From positions 18,228,001 to 18,292,000 of the forward strand of contig CM060732.1 of NCBI GenBank assembly GCA_030704615.1: DNA of 64,000 nt, given 5' to 3'. The notes under the pieces are model-generated. The model did no database searches. It saw nothing but the letters and a program-made list of their open reading frames with translations, and had not been told where the DNA came from. Source of the stretch: Takakia lepidozioides (lineage: Eukaryota > Plantae > Bryophyta). This document shows, piece after piece, positions 1 to 13,706 of this stretch (positions within the stretch are counted from its first letter, which is position 1; each line of letters begins with the position of its first letter). A program made the translations under genes and the position numbers.

Positions 1-104
1 AACACCGTGCTCCACAGAGGGTCCAGCCAGTAGAGTGGGAGGGGCCTGTTCAGATTCGCCATTCGCCAACTACCAGCGCTTGTCCCCCAGGCTTCGAGGC
101 CAAC

Positions 105-3100
105 ATGCACGTGAGCGATGCATCACCGGCGCTTCTTCGGCTCCGCCCTGCCGTGACTTTTAGTAGGACGGAACTCCTGGATTACAAGCACAATTTGAGT
201 AGGGTGGAGAGGATGGGAGAAATTATGGACAAGCATGAGTATTCTGATGTGAGATCACGAATGGTTGCCAAAAGACAAAGCACTCATGGTTGGGACTCGA
301 GCATTTTCCTGGATGAGAGAGAGGGGATGGGTATACGCCGAACTGGTAATCATCTCCAACCTACTTTTTCCCAATCGAAGCCCTCAATTCAGCATACAGG
401 AAACCACAACCGGGCCGCCGGATTAGAACGGGATGATACTAGTCGGTATATTCGTCGACCTTCCTCCACATCTGCAATGGAAAAGATCTTGTCACCTACA
501 AGATCGCAACCTAAGGATCCGTCACGGAAAAGAGGGCGGGAGGAACATGTAGAAAGTGGTAGCTTGGCTAGATTACAGAGAAACCGACGTTCGCCAGAAG
601 CCATTGCTGGCAGTGTACATTCGCAACCTCTCAAACGTGTAAGAGAGGGGCATGGAACCATTGGCAATCCTTCAGAGGCTCTCAGAGTGGTTCGAGAGAC
701 GGGCAAGGCAACGTTTGATGGATTTTGTAGAAAAGATGGAGAGCCTGAAGATGGTCAGCTTAGTTCGGCCTCTTCACTCCTTTCCAGAAGGTGGCTGTCT
801 GATGAAATCCCTGTGTACTCTGATGCGGGAAGAGCCAAGCAATCCAAACAGACTACTTCTCTGAGCCGACAGCTTGGTGGCAATAGGAACAATATTTCTG
901 AGGCTGAGAGAGGTGTAGCTTCCCCCCGGCTTAAGGATCGCCTCGTATTTCCCACAGGAACTTGTGAAGATGTAATGGCCCGGCCTAGTTCTTGCAGTTC
1001 CAGGCTTTCAGAGCCGAGTTCGGAGGCCTTGAAGCATCCTGTCAGGGAACATGCTTTTGCAACAAAGCGGGAGCCATCATCATATTCATTGGGTAAGCGC
1101 TGTGAAGTTGAGAGCAGGTTGGACCAGTTGTTAATACCAAGCAGTAGAGAGCATTCACTCATCCTGTCATCAAGGGACAAATCAGATACTCAGAAAAGGT
1201 TGGACCATTTGTTATCACCAAACAGTAGAGAGCATTCACTCTCATCAAGGGACAAATCAGATACTCAGAAAAGGTTATTATCACCAAGCAGTAGAGAGCA
1301 GTCACTCATCATCTCGTCAAGGCACAATTTCGATGCTCGGAAAAGGTTGGACCAATTGTTATCACCAAGCCGTAGAGGGCATGCGCCCATCATCTCATCA
1401 ACGGACAAATCAGATGCTCGGAAAAGATTGCGACCTTTGGAAGATTTGCACAGGCCGGTTGTGGGGTCTCGAAGTCCTAATGTACCACGACAAACCACGA
1501 ATGTAAAGAGCCAACCACAAGATGGCGATGTCCGCAGGGAGGGTAGTTTGATTAGTATACCTGCAAGGAGGACGACAGGGAGTAGCAGGTTAGGGGAGGA
1601 AGCTACCAGAGCTGGTTCCCCACAACGGCGGTCAGTGAACTCACTCAATGTCAAGGTGAAGAAAGAAGGCCAATCTGATGTAATGGCTATCTTGAAATCT
1701 CAGCTTTCAAGAGAAGAGATTGAGCTCGGGAAGGAAGTACAACACAGACGTGGTAAGCAACACTCCTATTGTGGTGAGGGGAAGTATAAGGAGTGCTTGA
1801 TTTTTTCTGATACTCAAAAGACTGCACCAAAGACATTGGTGGCTCAAGCAGATAGTAAGGTAGACAAAAAGTCATTGCAGGCTGCGCGATTACAGGAAGA
1901 TGCTCCAAAATTGCATCAGGAGAAGGTGTTGCGGTCTGAAAATGTTGCAAAGGTGCTGCCCTTGCAGAGTATTCCTCAAGAAGAATTGGAAGTTATACAT
2001 TTGACCAACAATGTTGATACAGAGGAGCATCAGAACCGTGACCATGTAAGTAAGGATGTAGTGGAAGCCCGACCAACGTCAGCTAAGCAACAGCGATATG
2101 AATGCCTCAATATTACAGAGTCAAAGATGGTGGGTGAGCACACTAAACCTAAGATACAATCTCCCGAGGCAACTGGTGGCAGTGATGTGATTTTATCTTG
2201 TGATGTTAGCCGATTGCTGCTGCAACTGGAAGGGCCTCCAGTAGCATTGGATAAAATGCACGACCCCCTCCCCCCACAGCTGGGCTTGTTCGACAGACCT
2301 GAGGATCTGCAAGCACAAACTGTTGAATGTGGTAGTGGAAACAATGGAAGACTCGGTCCCATATTGATCTATACTGGCCACAAGACTGACCACACGTTAG
2401 GTAGCACAAAATCAGGTTTGGAACCTTTGGAAGGTCCAGACAAGCCCTCTACTAGCCTTCCACAAATCCTCTTGCAAGAAGAGGCACCAGTTGATTGCAC
2501 TTCTAGGCTTACAACCTCAAAACCGCTCGGCTTTGAGACCATAGAACAGGAGGATGGAGATGTGCCAGACTCACTGTCAGCAGGAGCATGTGACAGTTGT
2601 GTAGGTTTAAGGTCATTAGGTTTGTCTCGTGAACCTCCTTTGCAAGAGCGGGAGAAAGAGGAGCCTGAACAGTGGCAAGGGGACAAATCTGAGTTGATTA
2701 TGGATAGTACAGTTCTTATCGATGAAAATTGTACTTTGGGTACTTCCATCAAGGCCTGCCTCAATGAAAGGGATGCTCAGTGGGGTTTGTTAGGAGGTTC
2801 AATGTCATCTTCAGATTGTTCAGAATCACCAACGGACCAGCAATCACAAATCTTAAGGCCTCCACCTCAGACTGAAGCTCTTCAGCTATGTTCTGAAAGT
2901 TTACCCAACCAAGAAATCTTTTCTGGTGCTTGGCTGCCATGTGGTGATCAGGAGGTGGAAGAAAAGGCTAGCTCATCAACTGGAAATATTTTAGCATCCC
3001 CTGAGGAATTATCAATGCGGGAGGTACGCCTATTTGGGACTAACCTCAATGCATCAATGGCCAGTGCATTTGAAGGAGAGATGCAAGCAAAGGAGCACTG

Positions 3101-6100
3101 GTGTCGTTACGAGGTTTTCAAACCACCAATGCAATCTGAGGTGGATTCTGGTGCATTCTTGATTGTGGATAAAATAGCAGAGGGTAGCCCCCCTGGCCAA
3201 ATGGATGTTCTGGAAGGCCTTCAAGCTGCCTCAGGATCAGAGCAGGTGTTGAATGGTAAACTTCTGCATTCAGTGAAGGAAGCGGTTGTGACACAGGAAC
3301 AAGAGGATCTGCAACAGGATTTTGCAGAGCTAGTTGTAAAAGTGGAGGAAGACAAATTCCAGTTGGTGGATAGAGACGAGATCAGGACACCTGAAAAAGT
3401 AAGGACCATACACGTGGAGACAGAGGAAATACTGGATTCTATGACAGTCGATTGTGGAAAGTCTGAGAGGAAACAGGAAGAACAAGTTGACAGAGTAGCT
3501 GCAAATGAGGGTGAGGGACAAGAAACTCATCAAGAATTTAAGGCAGTGGATGGAAGAGAGACCAGGAATGGCAAAACAGATGAGACCTCGCATATGGTGA
3601 TAGAGGACACTGTCGACAATTGTAGGAACCTTGAGAATAGAGAGAGAGAGCAGTATGAGCGAGCAGCTGCCAATGAGGGTGTGGTACTTGAAACTCTTCA
3701 AATCAAGGAAGGTGAGATTCTGCATGTTGGAAAAGAAGCAACTCAGCAATCTACATGGCCCCTTTTCAAGCAAGAAGAGCCACCTCCACCCTCTACAGGT
3801 CTCTCACAGCGGGCAGTAAGCACTCCACAATTGCAGCCACCTGCATCAGGAATCTCTTATCGGTCGGTTTCTCGGTCATCAGTTTCATGGCATAGACATC
3901 CCTCCAATGGTGTCCAAGTTACTAAACAAGCTGGGCAAATATCTGCTTTGAGGTCTGCGGCAGTTCCAGGTCCTGCTGCTTATGTGCGGAAAAGAAATAG
4001 CCTTGTGAGGTTCCCTGCACCTTCCACTTCAAGCCTACAGAAAGTTGCTGCTCCTTTGCAAGTAGCAGCTATGCCTGTCATCATCAAGGACTGTGCAATG
4101 AAGAATTTGGATCCCCCGAGAACAAGACAGTTAGTCTCACCAGGGCATTCTATTAAGGCAAATTGTCATACTCTTCTTAACACTGGTGGCAGGACATGGC
4201 AGCAAGGTGCACATGGTATAGGGCATTCTGCTTATGCCTCGACCTCGGCAAGGTCAACAACTCCCCTGCAAGAGGCCACGTCATTAGTCCAAGCTGGTGA
4301 TGTGGACTCAGCAAGCAGCACTCTGCCTCTGAAGTCAGCAAGCTCCAGATCAAGCCTTTCTACTTTGAACAATCTTGCTACAAAACAACATGATGTTGTC
4401 CTACAAACTCAGCTAGCCAATGATATTTCCACCTTTGCTTCTAGCTCATTGAATAAGTCCCCAGGTAGATCCAGTCCCATGGTTGTTGGGAATTCCGTGA
4501 CTGGAGCTAGGTTGTACATGCGGAGGAAGGCAAACCAACTTGTTGCCCATTTGTCTCGATCATCCATAGGTTTGACACTTCCGATAAGCAGTGATATTGG
4601 ACTTGGTCACCCACCATGGGAGTTGTATGTGAAAAGGAAGACAAATCAACTTGTGCGGAACATTGTGGGCACGAAAAATGGGGACAGGAATGGTTTGCAG
4701 ACTGGAGGTCTAAGGGGGCCTGCTCTAAATCTGGGGAATCAGGGCAGACAGGGAAGACGTGAATCTCAAATGACCTCTCCAGTGTGGAAGACTAAGCTTG
4801 GCAGAGGTTGCTCTCTTTCACACCCTGTTGGCATGTCTTGACCCTAATTGTGCCCTTTTTGAAACTGTGGCCAGCTCTTTAGCTTAATCTGCTGCAGATG
4901 AGTGCTCAATTTTGGTGGATATACTGTTGCAAGAACTGATTTGAGTCTTTTCAGCCTCTTATATATAGGGGTCAGGTATTGAATGCATTTGGGAGCTGTA
5001 TTACAAAAGTAGTCATCTTCGTTATCCCTCTCCGTTGGTTTGTGAGGCAGGACTTTTTATGCACTTAAGGCATGTGTTATTACACGTATATTTGAGGAAT
5101 GGATTGCGTGGTTGATTTGTACTGTGGTCAATAGAATGTAGGGGTTTATCTGGACACATTGGGCTCTTTACCTTTGCAGTTTTAAGCCAGAAGAAGTGCC
5201 CAGCTCTTGGCTCGGCCTGGGTGTGGACCTTGAGCAGCGAAACTCGTGCATCTACAACAGTAAGAGCAATCTGTCCAGCTAGGCGCCCTACTCCCTGGTT
5301 GCTCCCTTGGAAGAGGGTTGGATTTGGTACTGTGACACCACGCCAACGGAGGCGCAAGAATTTCCCAGAAGCAAAAAAAGGCTCATTGCTTTTCCACCTC
5401 AGGTATGGAAATCTACTCTCACGCCCTCCTGCACAAATTCTCATTAGCTATTATCCATTGGCTTAAAAAAGACCTGCATGATGTCCCATTCAATGGCCAC
5501 TAGAGAATTAAAGCTGGTACTGATTGAGTGTCCAAATTGGTGAGTTTGACATAAGCAGCATGTTTTGGGTAACCCAGTAAGTATTTTATAAGGTTTGTAG
5601 AGCTACAAGTCTGAAGGCTTCATTTTCTTTTGTTGTGAGTTCTCTCTTATGGATATCCATTCTCAAGGATAATTGCCCTTTGTGTTGGCAACCTGAAGAC
5701 AATATTCATTTTCTGATTCGTTGTCCGGGGTTCTCTCACCAGAGAGACGCTCTCTTCATATCTATCAAGGGAATTGTGCCTGTACCTCTGTTTACCAACT
5801 TTGAAAGTCTCGAGGCTGAGCCAAAAGCCCAGGCCCTTTTGGGGCCTAGTTATTGGGCAAACCACACACAGCAGGTTGATGCTTGTGTAAAGGGATTTCT
5901 AGAGGATATCTGGAAAACCCGGATCAATGGTTTATTCCAAGGTAAGTCTTCCTACCGGCGTCAGCCCCTGACAAAGGTAGGTTCTGTGTCCCGCTCAAAA
6001 CCGGGCGTGGGGTCAATGGTCACAAGGCTGTGGCAAACAACGTCTTATGAGTACATTCTTATGGATATCCAACCTGGATATACGCTTCAAAAATAAAGAT

Positions 6101-9100
6101 TGTTGTTTGGGTCGAATCTTTAGTTTCTCCTCAGATCTCCAGTAGATTCTTTTGCTCAGTTGATACATATGCTGCCTTCATTGTGGTGTTGTCTGATATC
6201 GTAAGACAGGTAGACTTGGTGAATCGATTCGCGTGTTTTTACAGATGGCAATAAGCCTTGATTCACCTTCTCTGTTTGCCTACAGCAAGAAGCTGCAGAA
6301 GTTTCGATCAGCACAGCCTGTATACACTCGCTCAGCTGATGGTTTCTCCCTACGCCGGTCTGGTGTGGTAAGTCGTCGAGGCGCAAACCTTAAGTGGACT
6401 AAGTCCCTCGAGAAGCAGTCCAAGCTAGCTAGTGAGGTCAGTTGCGCTCTCGATCTTCCTTCTCTGTGCCCCGGCCAGCTCGAACTCTCTTGAAGCTTCA
6501 ACATACTCCTGATTGCTGAGGACTCAGCTATATTTTACTAGATGCTTTTCTTTCCGGTCAGCCATCTACAGTGGTGTATGACATAAGCTTCGGTTTCTCA
6601 CTCTGTTCAAATTATGAGGTAGAATGTTATGTGCAGAGAAACTGACAAGTACATTTCTTTGTATCAAAATCTGAATATATTGTAGGCGGCAACCAAGGCA
6701 GTGGCTGAAGCTGAGAAGAAGAAAAGGGAGAAGAAGGAGGCTGTGGTTGAAGCAGCCACTGCCGCTGCTAAAGGGAAGGGTGACCGAAGAGCTGCTCGCA
6801 AGGCAGCTCGAGCTGGTAAGCTCCTTCCACGTAAGTTTGAACTCGTGTGTTTATCTTTTGTACCATGTCTATTTTGTCCTCCCTTCTTCTCCGTTTTTCC
6901 TTCGTTCTTGTCTCTGTTTTTCTTTTCTTTGCTGTATTTCTGGTTTTCTTTATGAAAATCTCCTTACTGTAGATCAGATTTTCTCTGTACTACTTGTTTT
7001 TTGGATACCTTTAATTGTTACTATGGAGATATCTCGATACTTGTAAGGATATATTTGTACCATAGTCCCTGCACCTCTGTTCACCAACTTCCAAAATCTC
7101 GAGTCTGAGCCTAAGCCCTGGCCCTGTTGGGGTCTAATTGCTGGTCAGCTTACACTGCAGATTGATGCTTGTTTGAAGGACTTTTCAGAGGAAATCTGGA
7201 AAGCCTGAACCAATTGTTTATACCAAGCTAAGTCCCACTACTGGAGTGAGCCCTCACAAAGGTACATACACACAGAGGTTCAGTCAACCCCACACTGAAT
7301 TATGATTTGTAAACATTGTCTGTTGGAGAAGAAGTCTCCTCAGGTTCCCTTCTAATTTGTCCATGCAGGAGAACGAATTGTGTGGGTTGGTTTGGTGCCT
7401 TACAAGATGGACCCCTCACAACACACTTTGCAACGGCTCCCTGGTATTGATATATCTTCACTCTAGCAGTCAGTAGCGTGAAGTTAGCCTCACCACTATA
7501 CTTGAGCAGCTCTTGCACCATTTTGCAGTGGACTTTAGGTTTTCTTTCCCTTTATATGTGTTGCAAAGATCAGCTGCCTTATCATAGCAGGATCCGCTAA
7601 GAGATCCCCTCAGAGAAAGTCTTCTATGATAGTAATCCAGAGTTGCAAGAATCTCAGAATACGGGGTTCCAGATGTGCAGCAGTCTGCTGGATATTCCAG
7701 TGTCTCTGCTTCGACTGGGGTGGTTGATGCTGCGGGATTCTTGACGCCAAGGACTTCTCAGATCGGCGGGGCTGTGTGAGTGTCAGTCCTCTATTGCAGA
7801 TGCTTTGGGACCATGCAGCTTGAAGGTGTATCTTAGTTTGCCAGGCTTGAATAACTGGATGAACCATCTGTGCTATGTTAGTAGTGACTGAGGGAGGCCC
7901 ATGACTAATTGTATGTTGTAGACTTGTGCTTCTGTTCTCCCTCCCATTTAGAAAGCTATGTTTTTCTCCTCTCCTAGTGAGCCCTGGTTGATGTGATAAA
8001 GTTTCTTCCTGTCCTAGTCTTTACGGCTACTCCTTATATCTGTATGTCTTCTTGCTGCTCTTTCAAGCATTGGGTGTGGGTTGTCTAGCAAAGCTGATGG
8101 TAAGCAAACAGAGTTTAACTCTCACTCTCGATTGCAGTTACGTAAGGGTGGGAAATGGCAACCAGCTTGTGAGGGATCCAAAGGCAGCTACCCGGGCTTT
8201 GGCCAGTGAGAAGGTGCGCTGGAGTCTACATAATGCACGCTTCCGCCGTGCAAAGAAGCAATCTTTCTGCCAGTTCTATACACGCTTTGGAAAATGCAAT
8301 AAGGGAGATGGCAAGTGCCCCTATGTGCATGATCCAGAGAAGGTGGCGGTGTGCACCATGTTTTTGAAGGGCTCTTGCTGTAATACTAATTGCCTATTGA
8401 CTCACAAGGTAAGGTTGCCCCTCCAGGAAGAGTCTTCCATGTGAAATAAATGGTGCAAATGTGGATGGACACAAGTGCAGTTTGGCCTTTGCTTCTAGGT
8501 AGTATCACCAATCACATGCAAGAGGCATGGCAATGTCAACAATTGTTCTTCTGGTAGCGTTTACTCGCCAAGTCCAAACCTTGGGGAATTACTGATGGAC
8601 TCTGGATTTTTCCAAAGAATCACCGTCCCATAGTTTTCACTCTATTTTTTGTGTGTTGAACATTGTACCCTATGAGTACGAAACAGAAATGGTACATCTT
8701 CACTTTATTATTGGTTCTCTATCTACTTTTCTAGCACTTTTTATTTGCATTGTTGGTTTACAGACTTTGCTTCATATTGTTCATGGCAGGTGATTCCAGA
8801 GCGAATGCCAGAGTGCTCATATTTTCTTGAAGGTTAGTGGTCTTCTTTGCTGTCTTTCACTAGGCCATAAGCTGGTTCTTCTTTTGTTTACATATTATTG
8901 TGCCTGTGGGGGCCTAAGGTGGTGGTCACGTGTCTTTGGACAGGCATGTGTACAAATGAGAGTTGTCCATACCGGCATGTTAATGTGAACCCAAAAGCAC
9001 CAATCTGCGAGGGTTTTCTTCGGGGCTACTGTGCAGACGGTGACAAGGTATGCACAGGGTTTGTCTATTGTGAAAGGAGAGAAGTGGTATGCAAAGTCAA

Positions 9101-10047
9101 TGAATCGCTTTTTAAGGTTGTCAAAGCCATAGTAAACCAACTCCATTGCAGTCACTTCGCAACACGGGAAGATGAAGGGCATCACTGATATTTGGGTGGA
9201 ACATTGCTTCTGAGCACTGGCCACTAATTAATCTAGAGCCTGTGACTGATGTGCAGTCTTACCTTCGTCCAAACGAGAACTTGCAGAGCCTGTTCCTTGC
9301 CCAAACATGATCTGGAAGCTCACCTTATCATCTCTCTTAAGGCACAGAGCCGTCTTACAAGTGGTCGCGGGTTCAAAACCACATAGGTGTATGTGGGATG
9401 TCACCCATTATTCGCAAATCATTTATTTACATCTAGTTCATACACTATGCTTGCCGAGAAATCTCGTCCCAGCATGGATTTCCGAAAGGCTCTGGCAGGA
9501 AGTTTTCAAAGATGCTTCACAACTGCTACTTCAACAAATGTTTTGCTATGAAAGGTTTACAATTTTGAGTCTTGTGTGTCTCATCTTGGGCATCTCTTTG
9601 TGCCAGTGCAACAAGAAGCACACGTATGTGTGCCCGGCCTACGCAGAGACAGGACAGTGCTCTGAGGGAGTCGCATGCAAGCTTCATCACCCCAAGAAAA
9701 AAGAGTCGTCTGCCCCGCCTCTGAACAGCCGGAAAATCAGCACCAAGCGCAAACGCCGCTACTTTGCTTCAGATCTACCTCTGAGGCCAAGGCCCAGGAA
9801 TGGGGGGACCCCCGTACAACAACTTGGCCTTGGAGAAGGGGAGTTGCTCAAACAAAATGATGAAACAGCAGAGTTCATCAGTCTCCCTGAGGTCGGATTA
9901 GATAATGATGAAGGTCTGGAGCCAGAGAGCTTGCAGAAAAAGAAAAAACCCGGGTTTTCTTTGTTGTTCAGGCAGGGAGGAGCCAATGAGGAGTTAGAAG
10001 CCTTGATCAAGCCTGCATTTTTGTTGCGAAGACACCAAGAGTCTTGA
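105..10047 (+). CDS. SOP1: Zinc finger CCCH domain protein 7-like (SOP1/ZC3H3-type nuclear exosome cofactor), multi-exon; the 5' end probably lies upstream of the window
   Basis: Phase-consistent GT-AG exons: <105-4806, 5180-5402, 6286-6436, 6686-6815, 7369-7443, 7673-7775, 8138-8408, 8790-8832, 8944-9047, 9607-10047. The translation has LKWTKSLEKQSK, YKMD, YVRVGNGNQLVRDP and five CCCH fingers (CQFYTRFGKC..CPYVH, CTMFLKGSC..CLLTH, CSYFLEGMC..CPYRH, CEGFLRGYC..CNKKH, CPAYAETGQC..CKLHH). The frame is open from base 3, so the true start may be outside the window. Confidence 0.85.
1115..1430 (+). repeat. Coding tandem repeat, 4 copies of about 72-81 bp, in the giant first exon
   Basis: Peptide units RLDQLLIPSSREHSLILSSRDKSDTQK / RLDHLLSPNSREHSLSSRDKSDTQK / RLLSPSSREQSLIISSRHNFDARK / RLDQLLSPSRRGHAPIISSTDKSDARK; all indels are in frame. 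Confidence 0.9.
5670..6000 (+). mobile_element. Intronic LINE 3' fragment (zinc-knuckle C-terminus of ORF2)
   Basis: CPLCWQPEDNIHFLIRCP matches the CxxC...HxxxxC motif at the end of non-LTR ORF2; it lies in intron 2 of the CCCH gene. Confidence 0.6.
7065..7265 (+). mobile_element. Second diverged copy of the same intronic LINE fragment
   Basis: cctgcacctctgttcaccaacttccaaaatctcgagtctgagcctaagccc...gattgatgcttgtttgaagg aligns by eye with 5779-5980. Confidence 0.6.
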
Positions 10048-11255
10048 GGCCTATCTGCCATTGGAGGATCTTGTCAGTCATTGCCCAGTGCTGGAGTCCG
10101 AGCTGGGGATCCAGAGCCAGGTGTTGAGGATGACACCTGTCCACAAGAAGGGTTCCTTCCTTTTTGGGAGATGAGCACAAGTCTGGGGCTGGGCAAGGTT
10201 GCAAGTGGTGGTTGCTGATTGTTCAGGACCCCCCAGATCCATGATTTGCTTTGTTCTGTGCGATTTTGTAGTATCCTGGATTGACAATGAGCTTTGACAA
10301 TTGATGATCCTTCATCTGGAGTATCTGATTTCAGAGTGGTTTAGTGTCACGGACGCAGCAAGCTAGTTCATATTTGCCCTTGGGTGCTGTTGCCATTAAG
10401 AAGAAGCAAGGCTCTCAGATTACCAAGTAGTGTGGAGTTGGGGTTACAGTTAGTGTTCATAACCACCCAGCTGCTGGTTACATCACCATTGCCTCATGTA
10501 CATGTACTGTACAAAGTTTTATAGAAGTTTACAGCATTGATCTTCATCTGGCTCTATTCCCTTGTTTTGGACTGAATGTATCCTCCGTGGTGTGTTTTTG
10601 TGTGGGCACCTGGGACATTATTGCATTTGAGAGTTCCAGTGTCGAACCTACATTGCATAACATAGTCACACAGTGTGCAAAGGCCTTAGACTGCAGCAAA
10701 CAATGCTCGGGCTTGGGCTGATTCCACCACAAAAGACCTTGGCATAAGTGTTCCAACCTTGAATATGACAGAACATGCTGGTGGACCATGGGGATCACAG
10801 TATTGTTGTGCAGGCCAATAGAACATATTGCTATGGAAGCTGTCTCAAAGTTTGGAGATACTACCCAGGAGAGAAAGGTGAAAAACTAGTCTAAGCAATC
10901 AGATTGTTTGCCTTCAGTTCTGGATATTTACATTGGTGGAACTTAATGGTATGTATGACAACCTTCGATACTGTGGCAGACTGTTGTATGCAGACAGAAG
11001 CTATCTGCAACTACTCACCAACATATTCGCACTTCTCATGTATACTGGAGGTCACCCAATGATGCACCATGTTGGAAAGTGGAAATGATGTTGCATCTAT
11101 TGTTGTATGTCCTACACTCACATTTTTGTGAATGCCTTGGAAGCAAGAGGTTTATAATGGGATGTTGGCTAAAAAAGATATTTAAACAAAAGAGAAAAGA
11201 GAAACTTGACCACAATTATATTTATTGACATCTATGATCTCAAGTTAAATGTAAA

Positions 11256-12530
11256 CCCCTAATGGACGACGCAAATCATCCACGATGTACAATCGTCGGA
11301 TGACCTTGGAATCTGAGTGAAAATTGTGTGCCGTGAAGTCATGCACATGCCTATCTTTATGGCACCCTAAAACAATAAAACCACTGCCGTGAGTAATATT
11401 TTTAGTGCGCCGGGGTACCCAAAATGATGTGGTTCAGGGCCCTCCAGCAGCATTGACCTAGCCACATGGCAGGCCAAACGGGCGACGGTGCAAAAAATGC
11501 CGGCGATGGGTGCCAACACGGGGCTGCATGTCTGCCCGCGCGGAGAGACGCTGAAGGGTGCCGGTAGGTGGCGGGAGTGACGGGGTGTCGTCCCACGCAC
11601 TGTGTCGAGCCTCCTTGCACCTTGCTTAGCGTAGATTCTCGCATGTCTTTGTGTTTTTGTTGTGCTTGTTTTTTCCAGGGTTGCATACAAGGGATTTGCA
11701 GAGAGGGGCCTTCTATGTGCGCTCATTATTAGCTCATCGCGAGCTGCACACCCACCCATTTTTCATGCTGTGTACGGCGGGAGCTGTTCCGTTTTGCTCA
11801 TTTCTGCTTCTGACATTACAGCTCTTGCTTTATGGTGCGTTGACGATGGTGTTAGGGTTCTGAATGGAGGCTGTTTAGATTGTAGTGCCCTGCCGTCACA
11901 GATGCTAATGCGCGCTGCTTTTCTGTATGTTCATGCGTGCTACATTTCTATATGTTCATGCGCATTATTTTGTAGATAGGTCTGCATTCATTGGGGTGAG
12001 CTGTGTAGGTGGTAGGGAATGTATGGCACCTAAACTGAAGACCGTTGCTGCAGCTGAGCCACCACCACCTGCACTCGAGCATGCAGCTGCAGCGGAGATC
12101 ATAAGGGATTGGGCGATTCGTGAACAACATTGCACTCTTGAGTGGTGCAAGGTAATATTAGATTATCTCTATCCTGAGTTCCTGTGTGCCAATCGGTTGC
12201 CTCGCCACCCTTGCCCTCACAATTTTCGATTTCTGTTTAGACGTCAAGTCGCTCTTGTTCTTGGTTGGAGAGAGAGAAGAGATGAAGGAGACAAAGAGGG
12301 CTTTAGTGGCACTGCCAATTTAGTTTTGAGAGAACATGTCTGGCCCAATGCCGACAGGCAGGCGTCTGAAATAGGTTTGCGACCATACTTAGATGTTTAC
12401 ATCTTGTGGAGAATGCCACTTCGGTCTCTGATTGTAGCAATGCCAATTTTGACAAGATTGGAAAGCTTAGGTGGGCTTGTGATGTAGTTGGTAACACTAA
12501 GTCCTTCTGGAATCTTCATAAGATGCTGTC
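11256..12530 (+). mobile_element. Internally deleted piggyBac-like element, left part with TIR
   Basis: CCCCTAATGGACGA at 11256-11269 (preceded by TAAA) is the exact reverse complement of 43444-43457. Segment 12241-12371 is homologous to 40774-40903, and 12385-12530 (LRCLHLV...KIGKLRW) is homologous to about 41716-41860 of the piggyBac transposase. Confidence 0.75.
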
Positions 12531-12629
12531 AGACCCTACCTAACTCCATTTTCCCTACCCTTACTAGGCTTCCAGTGGCACCCGACTAACGGCCCAGGAA
12601 TAAACTAAAATTTGCATGTTCTTTAATAA

Positions 12630-12932
<303 letters not shown>

Positions 12933-13675
12933 TAGCTGGCCAATTCAAGTGTCGCGTAGAAAAGATATGTAGACGACTTGACCCTACCCAAACCGACCTT
13001 CCTAACTGAAGTGGTAGAATCGGTGGGATAACTAAATGAAATGATGAAATTTCCAGTAACTTTTGAATGTCTGGATCGATTTGAGATGTACTTAGGAGGT
13101 TCACAAAACAGGGGATTGGTTAATCAAATAATAGATCGTGAATCAATTGGCTTAAAAATAAATGGATTGTCTTTTTCTTTTCTTTTTGGTGGAGAAAGGG
13201 AATGAAACCCCAGCATAAAATAAACCCCATACGCCCGTTTGCGAACATGCCGTTTGGCGAGGGACGAACCAAAGATACCTACTGAGAGAGCACCATCCAG
13301 TTGGATGAAAAGCATTAGCTAGGTCCTTGAAGAGCCCAAGGACTAAGCCAAATAAAGATTTAGAGCCTACGAGGTGTGTGCTCCATAGATCGAACCTTGT
13401 GGCCTTTAATAATCAGACCCCCCTTGTGAAGGCTGCCTGACAGCGGGGCCACCATTGAGAATGGACCCTTAGACCCCTGAGGCCGAGGCATCCACGCAGA
13501 ATTGCAAGTCAGAGTCGGGGAAGCCATGCCTGGACCGGCAGACATAGAGGAATGAGATAGGATTGCTTGCAACAAGAGTCAATTAGCAGAAGTAGGTAAC
13601 ATGGAGGCCAACGGACGGAGATGGTGAGGAGGGTGACTGCGTTTACTGGCTAGCCTCCCAAACACTACAGGAAAA

Positions 13676-13706
<31 letters not shown>

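Noticed and set aside
13200-13660. Possible tyrosine-recombinase relic on the - strand
   Set aside because: The resemblance is too weak and catalytic motifs could not be read reliably.
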